64,000 nucleotides of DNA from Carpediemonas membranifera BICM (Eukaryota > Protista > Fornicata): NCBI GenBank assembly GCA_019828565.1, contig JAHDYR010000012.1, positions 1,297,780 to 1,361,779 on the forward strand. Direction: 5' to 3'. Made by a program: the position numbers and the translations under genes. A model generated the notes under the pieces. That model saw nothing but the letters and a program-made list of their open reading frames with translations, did no database searches and was not told the DNA's origin. Below are positions 23,891 to 35,626 of this stretch, piece after piece (within the stretch, counting starts at the first letter, position 1; each line of letters opens with the position of its first letter).

Positions 23891-26233
23891 CTAGGCCTTC
23901 CTGACGCGTACCATGCGGAGCTGGTTAGCCGTGGCTCTTTCCATGATGGTCCATAGCGGGCTTCTCTCCAGTACACCTTCGTTGTCCATGATTGTGAGGG
24001 GGGCCAGTAAGATGCCCTTCATGCCCAACAGAACCTCCCCGAACCCGAAGCCGATGCCGAAGCGGTGTCCGTTGTCCGGGACTACGAGGATCCTGTCGCC
24101 GACTTCCCTGCTGACGTCCCTTGCGTCCCCGATCGGGTACGTGCCGAAGATCTCAAAGGTGTCCCTCCTTGTCGCGAATTCCGGGCCTCCCATGATATCT
24201 ATGCCCGGCTCCGCCTTCCCGACTGCTTCCATGGTCTTGTCGAGTGCCTTACCCATGTAGTGGTAGACGTCTGGGGTGCTCATCCTCTCCTTGCATAGGG
24301 CCCTGATCCTGGCTGTGAAGACTACTGTATCCGCCAACCCACAGTGGTAGCAACCCGCGGTGTGTCTGTGGTACGGACAGACTCCCTTGGGCTCGCTCCT
24401 GTTCTGCCATCCATTTGACCATGTTGTTACTGCTTCCAGGTAGTTGGCCTTGTCGAGGTTGTCCCTGAGGTTTTGGCCAGCCTCCTCCCTTGCCGTTGTT
24501 CTCCAGGATCTCTGGTAGCTTCTTCTCGTCCACCAGCCTAGCTTGGAAGAATTCCCTGGTTCCTTGCTCCAGTCCATTTGTGGGGTTCGTGAGGAGGAAG
24601 CTTTCCATCTCCACCCCCTTTGCATACATGATTATCTTCCAACCCTCCGACCTTTCGATCCTTGCCAGCTGAGCCGCCAGGCGGTTGGCCCAGTCCCTGA
24701 AAGTATGTATGTGCTTCTCATACTCGATCGGCGGCCGCCCCGTCCCGACCTCCACGAAGGTGGCCGGCGGCAGCCCCGTCACTGCCCATGCCGTGTACCT
24801 CGCTTGGTCCATGCTTGCTGCCGGTATGTCCTGGTAATACAGGCCATGCCCGTGTCCAAGAATGTCCCCAGTGCTGAGGTCAAGAGTACGATCCCGCCCT
24901 CAACCGGGATGGCAGGGATCCCTGCCTTCTTGACGCCAGGGTCTGCGCACTCGAAGTCGATGGCTCCGATCACCAGTCGTTTCTCCTTGTCCTTTCTAGG
25001 CATCCTCGGCGGCTGGCTGCTGACCTTGTTTGAGTCGACCTCCTCGTCCTGGTCGATCTTGCCTTGGTTGGCCCCGACCATGTCCTTGTTCACTTCCAGG
25101 AGGCTGTCGTCGAGGCTTCTTCTGCCGGGCATGGTGGCCTGCTGGCGTCGTTCCTCCTTGTCCTTGACATGTTGCTCCTCGTCTCCGTCGATGACCGTGC
25201 TAGCGGACGACCTGTCCAGATCGGCATGTTCGTCCCTATTGCTGCGGACCGAGGTGGCCTTGAGCACTTCCAGCCTCACCTTCCGGAACGGCGGCTCGTT
25301 GCTAAGGGGGGTCTCCTCCCCTTCGCCCAGGATATTGGTTCTGCCCTTCAGGTAGATCCCTGACTTGTTCCATGCTGCCTGCCATATGGCCGGGGCCTCC
25401 GGTGCCTGAAGCCTGAGGATGTCCCTAGCCTCCTCCATGAAGCGGCTGATGGACCATGCTGACGTGTCGCTTAGCTCTAGGATGACCCTGTACTTGCCGT
25501 CCTCTTGCTCGTAGGCCACTCTGGTGACCGGGCCTTGGTTTGCCGGATCCCATACCTTGTCGTAAGGCACGCCTTCTACGGCCTCGTCTCCATGAGCCCC
25601 TGATACCAGTATGAACGACCCTTCGGCCTTCTTGACGCTGTCCCTGTCTACATCCCATTCGATGGGCCCATCTTCCTTCGGCTTGAGGATCGCCGTCTCG
25701 ATGTCCTTCTCAGATGGCCATCTTGCCATGCCAGTGAAGCCCGCTTTCAGCGTCTTGGGCTCCAGTGCCTGTGCCATGTCCTTTGCTTCCTCGTCTCTGG
25801 GGTTGAGCGCCTCTGTGAGCATGTAGAAAAGGTCGCGGAGGCCGTGGATGCCGCATGGGTTCCTGAGGATGATGTCCTTGTTGTCAGTGACGCCGGTTGC
25901 GAAGAGGATGCGTCTGGCGTTCATGATTACTTCCTTGCGTCCTTTGGAGTTCGCATTGAGCGACTTTCCTGTAAACTTGCCTGTTCTACGAAGAAGTAGA
26001 GTCCTTGAATCGTTCCTTTCAGCGTGGAAGCTGTCCAGTAGTTCCCTGATGTCCTCCCACTGCTTCTGCGTGGAATCCCTGATCCTTGTCGGTATTTCTA
26101 CCTGCATTGTTGAGTGCAAAATTTCTCCCCTTTTCCTAGTCCATAAACTGGGTCGGAATTTTTGGGTCCGAAAGTCGGGCCACATGTACATATCCGGGTG
26201 AGGTCTCCGTCCAGGCCTTCCAGTTTCTCCCAT
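23891..26233 (-). CDS. Multidomain protein with Maelstrom/arenavirus-NP-like DEDDh nuclease domain (two frameshifts)
   Basis: AIDFE...PVEGGIV (ORF 24779), YAKGVEME (ORF 24249) and CPYH...HCGLAD (ORF 23891); the first shift maps to a G4 run at ~24868. Confidence 0.7.
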
Positions 26234-26723
26234 TGTCCATGCTCCGAACTATATAGGCCATTCTTTCAAAAAGGCGCGGTCCTAAAAATGCGTCGCCCTT
26301 TTCTGAGTAGCGGGGCCTTTCTGTGTAGTTGTTGTTGCTTTGTTCGTAGTCTCCTTTTTAGCCTCTATCGACGGCCCCTGTTTCCCTTTTGTGCTGCCCT
26401 TCCTTCCTTGTGGTCTTGACAAAACCATGTAGCCGCCGGTGCTAGCACTGGCCCTCGACGGTTGTTTTCCTTTTCCTTGTAAACATACGTTCCATGAAGA
26501 CACTTTGATTCCTTGGTATGGGCGTGGAGCTCCCACTCGCGCCCAGCGGTATGCCCTGATAGCAACCCTTGAATGTTCAGACAGGAGGCCAAGGCCGCTC
26601 CTTCTGAGCTCCATGGGGCACTGCCCTATCCATATAGGCCAGGCCTGTTGGTCCTTGTCCATCCATGATCGAAGTGTTTCCACTTTGCTGAAATCATTGG
26701 TGAACTGACGTAAAGGGCCTAGG

Positions 26724-29700
26724 GCCCTCGGTCTTGCAAAAACAGACCCGAGCCCTAGCGGCTATCACTGGCGCGACCTCGTTCGAAGACGTTGTCAAGT
26801 GTGCCGTGAAGGCAGCCAAGCGCCTCGATAAGCGGGGGTTCACCCCCCTGGGCCATGTCCAGCCTACAGACCGCCCTCAAGCCCATACGGGCAAGAGAAA
26901 GAACTGGCAGCGCCAGGGCGGTCAGCCCAGTCACCCCCACAAGGGGCCGGCTCAACAGCCTCCCCAGGGTCCTAAGGGCCCAGATCCCATCAAGAATAGG
27001 CTCGGGATCCCCTTCTGCCCCATCTGCGAGAAGTACGGGCACAAGTCCTTCCGCTGCCCCCAGCATCCAAAGCATCGGCTGGAGGAGAGGAAGGCCGAGG
27101 CTAACCTCGCAGCTATCGCTGAAGGCCCTATGACTACGTCCGCCGTATTAAAGGAAAATCAATATCGGTTCATTGTTGACACCGGAGCCTCTAGAAGCTT
27201 TATGAGCAAGGCGGCGTTGCGTAAACTGCCAAAAGAGGCAGTCAGCGTGTCAATAGGGGAACGCATCAGGGTAACCCTGGGCGATAACAGCACTGTCACA
27301 ACAGACCAAGTGGCTGAAATGGAGATAATTCTTCCTAATATTGGGGCTGCGCCCATTAGGGTCAAGTGGCGGTACTACGTGCTGCCTGGGGAAGCTTTCA
27401 AGGTACTCCTTGGATGCGACGTCCTCAGAGCCTTAGGGCTGATTGGGGACGAGACCCTAAACTTCAACTTGGGGAAGATTATGTCGGACCCGAACGAAGA
27501 TGAGTGGCTCCCCTTTGCACACCGATACTTGGATTCAGAAGCCAACGTGTGTGACACCCAGGAAGTCTTGGGTGTAACGGTCCCCGAATCTAAAATTCGG
27601 GACCAAATCATATCTAAGATTCTTGAGGCCGAAGAGGTCTTTGACGAAACCCTGCCTAGTGAAGGGTCTCGCCTGGACAAAATGTCTATAGAGCTCATAG
27701 ATCGTGAGGAGCTCGTCCAGCTGCGGCCTAGAAGCCTCGCTGAGACAACAAATGAGCTCGTGAATGATGAGCTCGAGAACCTAGTGGCGGACGGGATAAT
27801 CCAACCCTCATCGGGACCGTTCAGCTCACCCATTGTAGTTGTCCGTAAGGGACACAAGGGATCAGATAAGATCAGACTATGTGTCGACTACAAGGCCCTC
27901 AATGCCAATACAGTGAAGGACAAATTCCCACTACCAAACCTCCGTCAGTTCGTCGATAGGGCAGCTGGATGCAAGATTTTTGCGGCTCTTGACCTACGGC
28001 AGGGCTATTATCAAATGAGCATGGAGGAGACGGACATTCCGAAGACAGCTTTTGTCACACCGGACCATTACATGGAGTTCCGCCGGTGCCCATTTGGGCT
28101 CTGCAATGCACCCTCTAGGTTCCAAAAGGCAATGCAAAAGGCGTTCGCCCCGGTCCTCCACAAAGGAGTTGACATTTACATTGATGACCTTATGGTCTAC
28201 GCCAAGACAGAAGAGGAGTTCTTAGAGATCCTCGAGAAAGTCTTTGACATCTGCAAGGAGTATAGACTACGTCTGAAGGGCCCAAAATGTGTAATTGGTA
28301 CAGATCACATCGAGGCCGTGGGATATATTATCTCAGAAAAAGGGAAGCAACTTTCCCCCGAGAGGGTAGATGCCGTAAGAGCCATCCCCAGACCGGAAAC
28401 TCCGAAGCAGCTTCAGCGCACTCTAGGATCATTTAACTATGTCGCGCAGTTCGTATCGGACGCGTCGCGCCTCCTAAAGCCGCTTAATGACATGCTTAAA
28501 GCGTCAAAAGATCAACAGCTGATCACCTGGACCCAAGAGCAGGATGAAGCTTTCGAAGCTTTCAAGGAACGGCTATCATCCGACTTGATCCTGAGTTTCC
28601 CCGACCTTTCTAAGAAATGGATCCTTGAGACGGACGCGTCTAACGAAGGACTCGGAGGTATTTTTAGTCCAGGAGGACGAGTCCGGTAACCGGGAACTCG
28701 TCTCACTGTTCTCTAAGAGCCACAGTGCCACCCAGTCCAGGTGGCCCACGTATGAACAAGAGCTTCATGCGATCATATACTGCCTGACGCGGCCCGATAT
28801 GGCCCAACTCTTTAGGTTGAAGGATGATATCCAGATTCATACGGATCACCGCAACTTGGTATATTTACTACAGAGGAAAGAGCTATCAAAGAAGCTCCTT
28901 CGCTGGGTTACCGTCCTATCGGACTACACGTTCACCATTAGTCATATATCTGGTAACGCTAACGTCATGGCAGATATGCTGTCGCGGGTGCAGAGCACCT
29001 GCCGGGACTCACACTCCTTAAATCTGCTAGAAGCAGAGGAGAGCGAGGTGAGACCGTCCCTATGGGATATCAGCGAGGCCCAGGCCAGCCTCCCTGAGGA
29101 ACATAGGATCGGTTGGGAAGGCCTAGACGGCTGCACCCTGGTGGACTCTACGTACTTCGTACAAGGAGTCCCGATCATCCCGGACGGTAAGCTACGCGAC
29201 ACCTTCCTGCAGTTGGCACATCAATTCCACACTGGCTCAAATGCCACGTATCAGATGCTGAAGAAGATGGGTTTTTGGCCTAGCATGCTGAATGATGTCA
29301 GACGAACCGTTAAGCGGTGCCCGATCTGCCTCAAGTCGAGAATAAGAAACTACATTGAGGTCGAAGCAGGATCCAGCCTTAGAGGCAAGCCATGGGAGAC
29401 CGTGGCTGTGGACACCATTGGACCACTGCCCTTGGATAATCTGGGGGCACGATACATCGTCACAGCAGTTGACATGTTCACTAGGTATACGGAGCTTATC
29501 CCCGTAGCCAGCGATGACGCACGCACAGTTGCACAGGCCCTATGGGACCGAGTCTTTACGAGATACGGTGTCCCTCTCGAACTCCAATCTGATGGGGGTC
29601 CGGAATACGCAAACTCCATACTGGACGCGATGCTCACGGAGCTGAAGGTGCTTCGGCACTTCACGATCCCATATCACCCCCAGAGTAATGGGCTGGTGGA

Positions 29701-30409
29701 GAGGAGAAATGCAGAGATTGGTCGCCACTTAAGGTGGATGGTCCTCGCTATTGCGAGCCGAGACGAGTGGGCAACATTGGTGCCAACCGTTCAAATGATA
29801 CTTAATGGCACGACACACACTGCTACGCAGTTCTCCCCTCATGAATTAATATTCGGTCAGCCTCACAACCTATTTTCCACTGAGTGGGACGGGGCAGAGT
29901 GGGGCGACAAGAGGATTGTTGAGTTCAAGCAATCTCTCCAGGAGGTCCTAAGGACACTGGAAGACTCCGTAAGGGAAGGCACATCCGCCAGGAGCCAGAT
30001 CGAGACGAAGGGGGTAGAAGTAGGTGACTATGTCCTATGGAAACATGAAAACCCCAAGAAGCTCGACTGCCCGAACAGAGGCCCGTGGAAGATTCACGAG
30101 GTACTGCCGAACCATAAGGTGAAGCTGCAATCTATTGTCACAGGAGACATTAGAGTTACCCACGTCGACAAACTGATGCCATTTGAGACAGATCTTGAAG
30201 AGACTCAAATGAAGCAATTAGCCGAATCCGATAAGGAACAGTTTGAGATCGAAAAGATCGAGAAAATCGACTGGAAAACCGGTATGGTGACCATTAAGTG
30301 GAAAAACTATGATGAACGCACGGAACAGCACCTAAGGTCTGTGTCCCACGTCGAAGAGGTTAAGCGCCGTGCTCGGAAGGCCCGTAAGAACCTTGCTAAT
30401 TACGTTTAA
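26724..30409 (+). CDS. pol: Gypsy-1 gag C-terminus and pol (zinc knuckle, PR, RT, RNase H, IN, chromodomain-like tail); one frameshift at the T5 run ~28661
   Basis: CPICEKYGHKSFRC, IVDTGAS, RLCVDY, YIDD, ETDAS, TDHRNL, HHCC, VDT/SDGGPE/VERRN, FEIEKI...IKWKNY. Confidence 0.95.
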
Positions 30410-30467
30410 GGTCCCTCTTTGGTTTCTTTTGCTCCCCAGGAGGGGTTTTCTTCCAAAGAGAGGGTAG

Positions 30468-30530
30468 TGTCACGGTAGTTTAGACCATTTTTACCTTTAG
30501 ACGGTTTACCTATAAACAGTTCGCTTCACA
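30468..30530 (+). repeat. Gypsy-1 3' LTR
   Basis: Identical to the 5' LTR and preceded by the PPT. Confidence 0.96.
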
Positions 30531-30971
30531 TCTTTGCGCCCGAAGTCGTGATAACTCGGATTTAGTGTGTACTAACCCAGATTTTGACTGGCTTGGGATC
30601 GCATATTCGTTTGTGTGGTAGTGTGATTTGGGTGCTTGAGCGTTTTTGCTGCGGCCTGGTGCTACCGGGACACGCGGGGGAGTTCCCTCGCTGGTCCCAG
30701 GAGCTGTACGCCCCAGCTTGACCGTCAAGAGCCTGCTGCCAACTCCTCTGGTGTTCTGAAGGACACTGCTGCCATTCTGAAGGCCTTTGTCGACGAGCTT
30801 TGTATTCCAAGGCCGTGTGGCAAGAGGGACAGTTTAATTTGAGTAATTCGGGAAACTTTACTGGAAAGATTTCTTAAATTGTTCTCCCTGAAACTGCCTG
30901 AACTACATTGATGTCAATGTTGTTAGTCCTTCCGGTTGGGGGCGCTCTCCTTGCGTGAATGGAAGGGACAG
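30531..30971. repeat. Remainder of the 13th tandem unit
   Basis: Resumes the unit exactly at the TSD and ends at GGAAGGGACAG. Confidence 0.96.
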
Positions 30972-31637
30972 TATTCATACTCTTCACTGCCAACTGGATC
31001 AGCCAAGCATCCCTCAGAATGCAACATGGCGAGACCCGAGGCTCCCCCCCCACCCACCACAGGCCCGGGAACGGCATCATAGCAATGTTCGTAGATGAAA
31101 CGAGCATCTCGGCAAAGAAGGAGAAAGATGCGGAGTCCCTCACCACCGCAGTAGTGGACGCAATAATGGCACACAAGCTACGCATCAGCCCGGCGAAGAA
31201 CGTTGTCAAAAGCACCAACCCGAATGCAGAAGTACAAATCCAAGGGGAAATTACCCACGCTGCAGAGTCAGGCCGGTACCTGGGACTCTGGATAGCAAGT
31301 GGCCCCCGCCCGCTCAGTGCGTGTATCGCGAAGAAAAGAGAACAGTCAACCAAGTACATCGCCCTCGCCCGGAGAGCGGGATGGACCAAAGGCTCTACGC
31401 CGGCGGCCGTCTCGAAATCCATCCTCCGCACCTTCCTATAGCCGAAGATCGAATTCGGAATCGAAATCTGGGGCCAGGTCCCAGGAGGCCATGGAACGAC
31501 TGGCGTGTGGTGGTCATAGACCACACTAATCATTTATACAGTTTAAGCCATTTATTGGCACAAGGGTTTTCTCTTCTTCTTTCTATAATAAAAGCATTCT
31601 CCGCATTAGCGAGGCAATTAACGTTAATTCCCCTCAA

Positions 31638-34600
31638 ATGCTGAAGAAATCCGATCCCCCGTTGCTGAAGTCGCCAGATCTGAACGAACTGTTCATCTTT
31701 GTGGACAAGTTCAACGATTACCGCGCCTTAGGGGGCAAGCGAGACATTGAGAAGCTAATCGACAGCGAGGTTCGGGAGATGGTGACAGCAATCCTACCAG
31801 CGGACGATCTTGACGACGCGGAGGAAGAGATCCCTCTCCTCCTTAATCAACATCATCGTGCCGCTCGTGCAAGAGCCCAAAAGGACCTTAAGATCATCAA
31901 GCGCCTAGGACGCGCTCTCAGACCTACTCAGGAAGTCAACAAGCTCCGCCTTTTCAGAATCACCGCCAAGGACTTCTCCTTACTCTCCCCCTATCGAAGT
32001 TGCTCGAGTCAACAAGAAGTTCCGTATTACCATGGCAGTCGTCCAACCCGAGTTCCCCCTCGAGACACTACGCGACATATACGTTCGTTGTTTCAAGTTC
32101 GGATCCAACCAGACGATGTACCGCATCAAGGAGGTGATCCAGGACATGTCGCTAGAAGATGCCATGCCGCGTGTTTTAGCCCTCTCCAGAACTGTCCAAG
32201 AGAGCGCCGCGATCGCCAACGCATTCCAGGACAAGCCGTCCAACGCCGAGCACCACCACATGAGCCGTAACTCCCACCGACGCAACGATCGCAAGCCTCA
32301 GTCACGTCCCACCGAAGACCGTTCGCATGCTACCAGACCTGAACACGCGTCGACTAAGCCTATCGACAAGAAGGGCAGACGTGATCATTCACAGTTCACT
32401 TGCTATAACTGTGGCGGTAAGGGTCACGCCGTCTATGAGTGTAAGAAGCCCAAGAACAAGTGTCAGAAGTGCGGGAAGAGCGGACACCTTGACAGGTTCT
32501 GTAAATCCCCACAGTACTTGTCCTTGTTCTCGATGACTTCACACAAACGCAAAGATAGCCTACCTCTGTGCAAAGTTAAGGTCGAGGGTCGAGACGTCGT
32601 TGCCTTGATTGATTCGGGAGCCAACTGCTCCACTATATCCCCCAAGCTGACCAAGGGTATGACGCGTATATCAGATGAAGAGCGAAGCGTGCGTACAGCC
32701 AAGGGAACTATACAGTCCCAAGGTTCCGTGCAAGGGAACATCAAACTCATGCCGTCAGCCTTTACACCTAAGGCAGTGTCCTTCAAGCCGGAGTTGATTG
32801 TGCTAGATACTGAGTTCGACGTCGTCCTGGGGTACCCCCACCTTGTCGAGCTGGGAATCCTCCCCGACGTGAACGTAGAGTCAGGGGGAATACTCGGACG
32901 AAGTCCAGGTCCCCGAAGCTTTCAAGCACAACGCTGCCATTTTTAGTCTATCCGACCAGTCGACCAAGAGTCAAGCCGAACTGATCAAGAGGTTCTCCGA
33001 TCTATTCCAAGACCGGGACGAACCTAGCAGGCTAGAGCCGTACGACCTCGTTCTGAAGGACGATCGGGTCGTGAACGCCAGACCTTACTATGTACCCCCA
33101 GCGAAGATACACGTCGTGAGAGAGCACATCGACACGCTGCTAGCCAAGAAATATATCGAGGCCTGCCAGTCACAATACGCTTCCCCAGCTATGACTGTGC
33201 CTAAGAAGGGAGGCAAGTCGCGTTTCGTAGTCGATTTCCGCCGTATTAACGAGCTTACTGAGCCGTTCGACTACCCCATCCCTCGTATCGACGAGGTGCT
33301 GTCACAGCTCGCAGGACAGAAGATCTTCGCGACTCTAGACCTGTCGTCCGGGTACCACCAGATCCCTTTGACAGAACGATCAAGACCCCTGACTGCATTT
33401 ACCACCGTACTAGGGCAGTATCAATACCGACGGATGCCTTTCGGGCTGCGCAACGCAGGAGCTCACTTCCAGAAGGCCATGGAGCGCGCCTTCGCCGGGC
33501 TCGTGGGCAGCTCATGTTACATTTACATCGACGATATTATTGTCTTCGGCAGCGACGAGGCCGAATATCTCGCGAACCTCGAAAGAGTCCTGGACCGTGC
33601 GCGTAAGGTCAAGCTCCAGCTCAATCGCGAGAAATGCCAATTCGGCAGGCAGGAGGTCGAGTTCTTAGGTTGGGTTGTCAATGATGGGCAGGTGAGAATC
33701 GCACCCAGCCGTGTAGACGACATCGCAAATCTCCAGATGCCGACATCCATCAAGGGCATGCAGGGCCTAGTAGGATTCCTCAACTATTTCCGGGATCACA
33801 TCCCCCATTTTGCGGAAATCGGACACCCGTTAATCAAAGCTATGTCCGGTCACACAAGTCTCGGCCTGACCGCCCAGCAGGAGGCCCTCGATAAGCTCAA
33901 GCAGAGCCTTACCTCCGCTGACGCCCTAGCAATTTTCGACGCCACGAAGGAGCATTCTATAATGACCGACGCCTCGGGAGTGGGGTACGGCGCAGTCCTA
34001 TTGCAAGAGGGCAAGCCTGTCTGTTACATGTCGAAGGCCTTCAACGCCACACAGTCTCGTTGGTCAACGATTGAGAAGGAGGCGTACGCCATTGTGGCGG
34101 CCTTGCAGCGCTGGCGCAAGTTCCTTGCCTGGGGACCTTTCTCCATACTCACTGACCACCGAAACCTTACCTTCATGTACCGTAGCATCAACCCGAAAGT
34201 CAGGAGGTGGGCCGATGCCATTTCCGACTTGGACTTTGAGATTAAGCACGTCGCCGGCCTGGACAATGGAGCCGCAGATGGTCTGTCCCGTGTGTTTACT
34301 ATGTTCACTCGCAAAGCTACGACCGATGAGATTGAAGAAGCACACACCACCGCCGGCGCCCATCTATCTCGACGACTAACGACCGAGAAGCTTAGAGCCG
34401 AAGGGTTGTCGGTGTCGAGAGCCGCAGTCGACCAGGTGATTGCAGCTTGCCCGGTGTGCCAAGTCCTCGAGAGACCCCACGTCGATACACCGGATGGTCT
34501 GCATACCGCCGTTGATGAACCGTTTAAGCGAGTAGCCATCGACACCTTAGGTCCGTTCCCCAAGTCGCAGGGGTTCACGCACATCTCCGTCATCATAGAT

Positions 34601-35584
34601 ATGTGTAGTAGGTGGACCGAGTTGGTTCCAGTTACAGGTACGACTGCGCAAGCCGCAGTTACGGCGTTCGTTAATAACTGGGTCTTACGCTATGGCTGCC
34701 CCGAGGTCTTACAGACTGACGGCGGGCCCGAGTTTAACAATCAGCTCATGAAGTCCCTGGCCGACGAGATGGGTTTCCACACCCATGTTACGACTCCACA
34801 TCACCCGCAATCTAATGGCATCGTCGAACGGGCCAACAGTGGAGTTCTCAAAATCTTGAAGGCCAGAAAGTTCCATTTCCGGGACGCGGACTGGGTCAAG
34901 CACTTACCTGTCGCACAATTTATCGTCAATTCGACGCCCAGGATACCCACTCACCTCTCACCATCCGAGATCATACTAGGTGTCAACATCAGGATCCCGA
35001 ACGAGATCATCATCTGCACCCACTCGACTAGCGCCAGAATACAGGACAGACGCGCGGCGGCTGGCCAAGCCATCCAGCTAGCGAAGGCTAGAATTCAGGC
35101 AATGAGAGAGGACGCTCTCGCAAACGCCGCATCGTCACGTCAGGAGTTACTGTGCCGGTTCGTGTTGGTCAAGTACCCAGCCAGACCTCCCAACAAGCTG
35201 ATGCCAGGATGGCGAGGGCCCATGCGACGGGTCAGTGCGGTTAAGCAAGATGGCGTGACGGTCGCCTATGAAGTTCAGGACCTCAACCAGGGAAGCCAAG
35301 GCAAGATATTGAAGGTCGACGCCTCGCGCGTACGCAGATTTAACCCTGGCAATCTATCCGAGCGAGAGATCAAGGACTTGGCCACCACGGCGAACGATGA
35401 GTGGGAAGTGGACCGTATTTCCAAATCGCGAGGGAACGGAACACGAACCAAACGCGAATACCGCGTTCACTGGTCTGGTTTCGAGGACGAGGAGGCGACA
35501 TGGCAGGATTGGGACTCCGTCAAGGACCTGGAAGCATTAGATATATATTTGAAGTCTGACCAAGCCAAACTGGACGGTCTATAA
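31638..35584 (+). CDS. pol: Gypsy-2 gag-pol (two zinc knuckles, PR, RT, RNase H, IN, chromodomain); frameshifts near 31990 and 32890
   Basis: CYNCGGKGHAVYEC, CQKCGKSGHLDRFC, LIDSGA, RFVVDFR, YIDD, TDASG, TDGGPEF, VERAN, WEVDRI...YRVHWSGF...ATW. Confidence 0.95.
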
Positions 35585-35626
35585 ATCTTCACCACATCTA
35601 ATCGCTCCAGCGTCAAGTCATCAGAT

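Larger units (their letters stand above)
20378..26708 (-). mobile_element. Non-LTR (APE-type LINE-like) element A, lacking RT, probably 5'-truncated
   Basis: 15-bp TSD CGTAAAGGGCCTAGG at 20363-20377 and 26709-26723; 3' tail TAAA(TTTC)n on the minus strand at 20378-20396; APE ORF; all long coding ORFs co-oriented on minus. Confidence 0.92.
19830..30530 (+). mobile_element. Ty3/Gypsy LTR retrotransposon 1 (63-bp LTRs, 4-bp TSD TCTT), carrying a nested LINE-like insertion
   Basis: Identical TG...CA LTRs 19830-19892 and 30468-30530; TSD TCTT at 19826-19829 and 30531-30534; PPT AAAGAGAGGGTAG; domain order gag-PR-RT-RH-IN. Confidence 0.96.
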
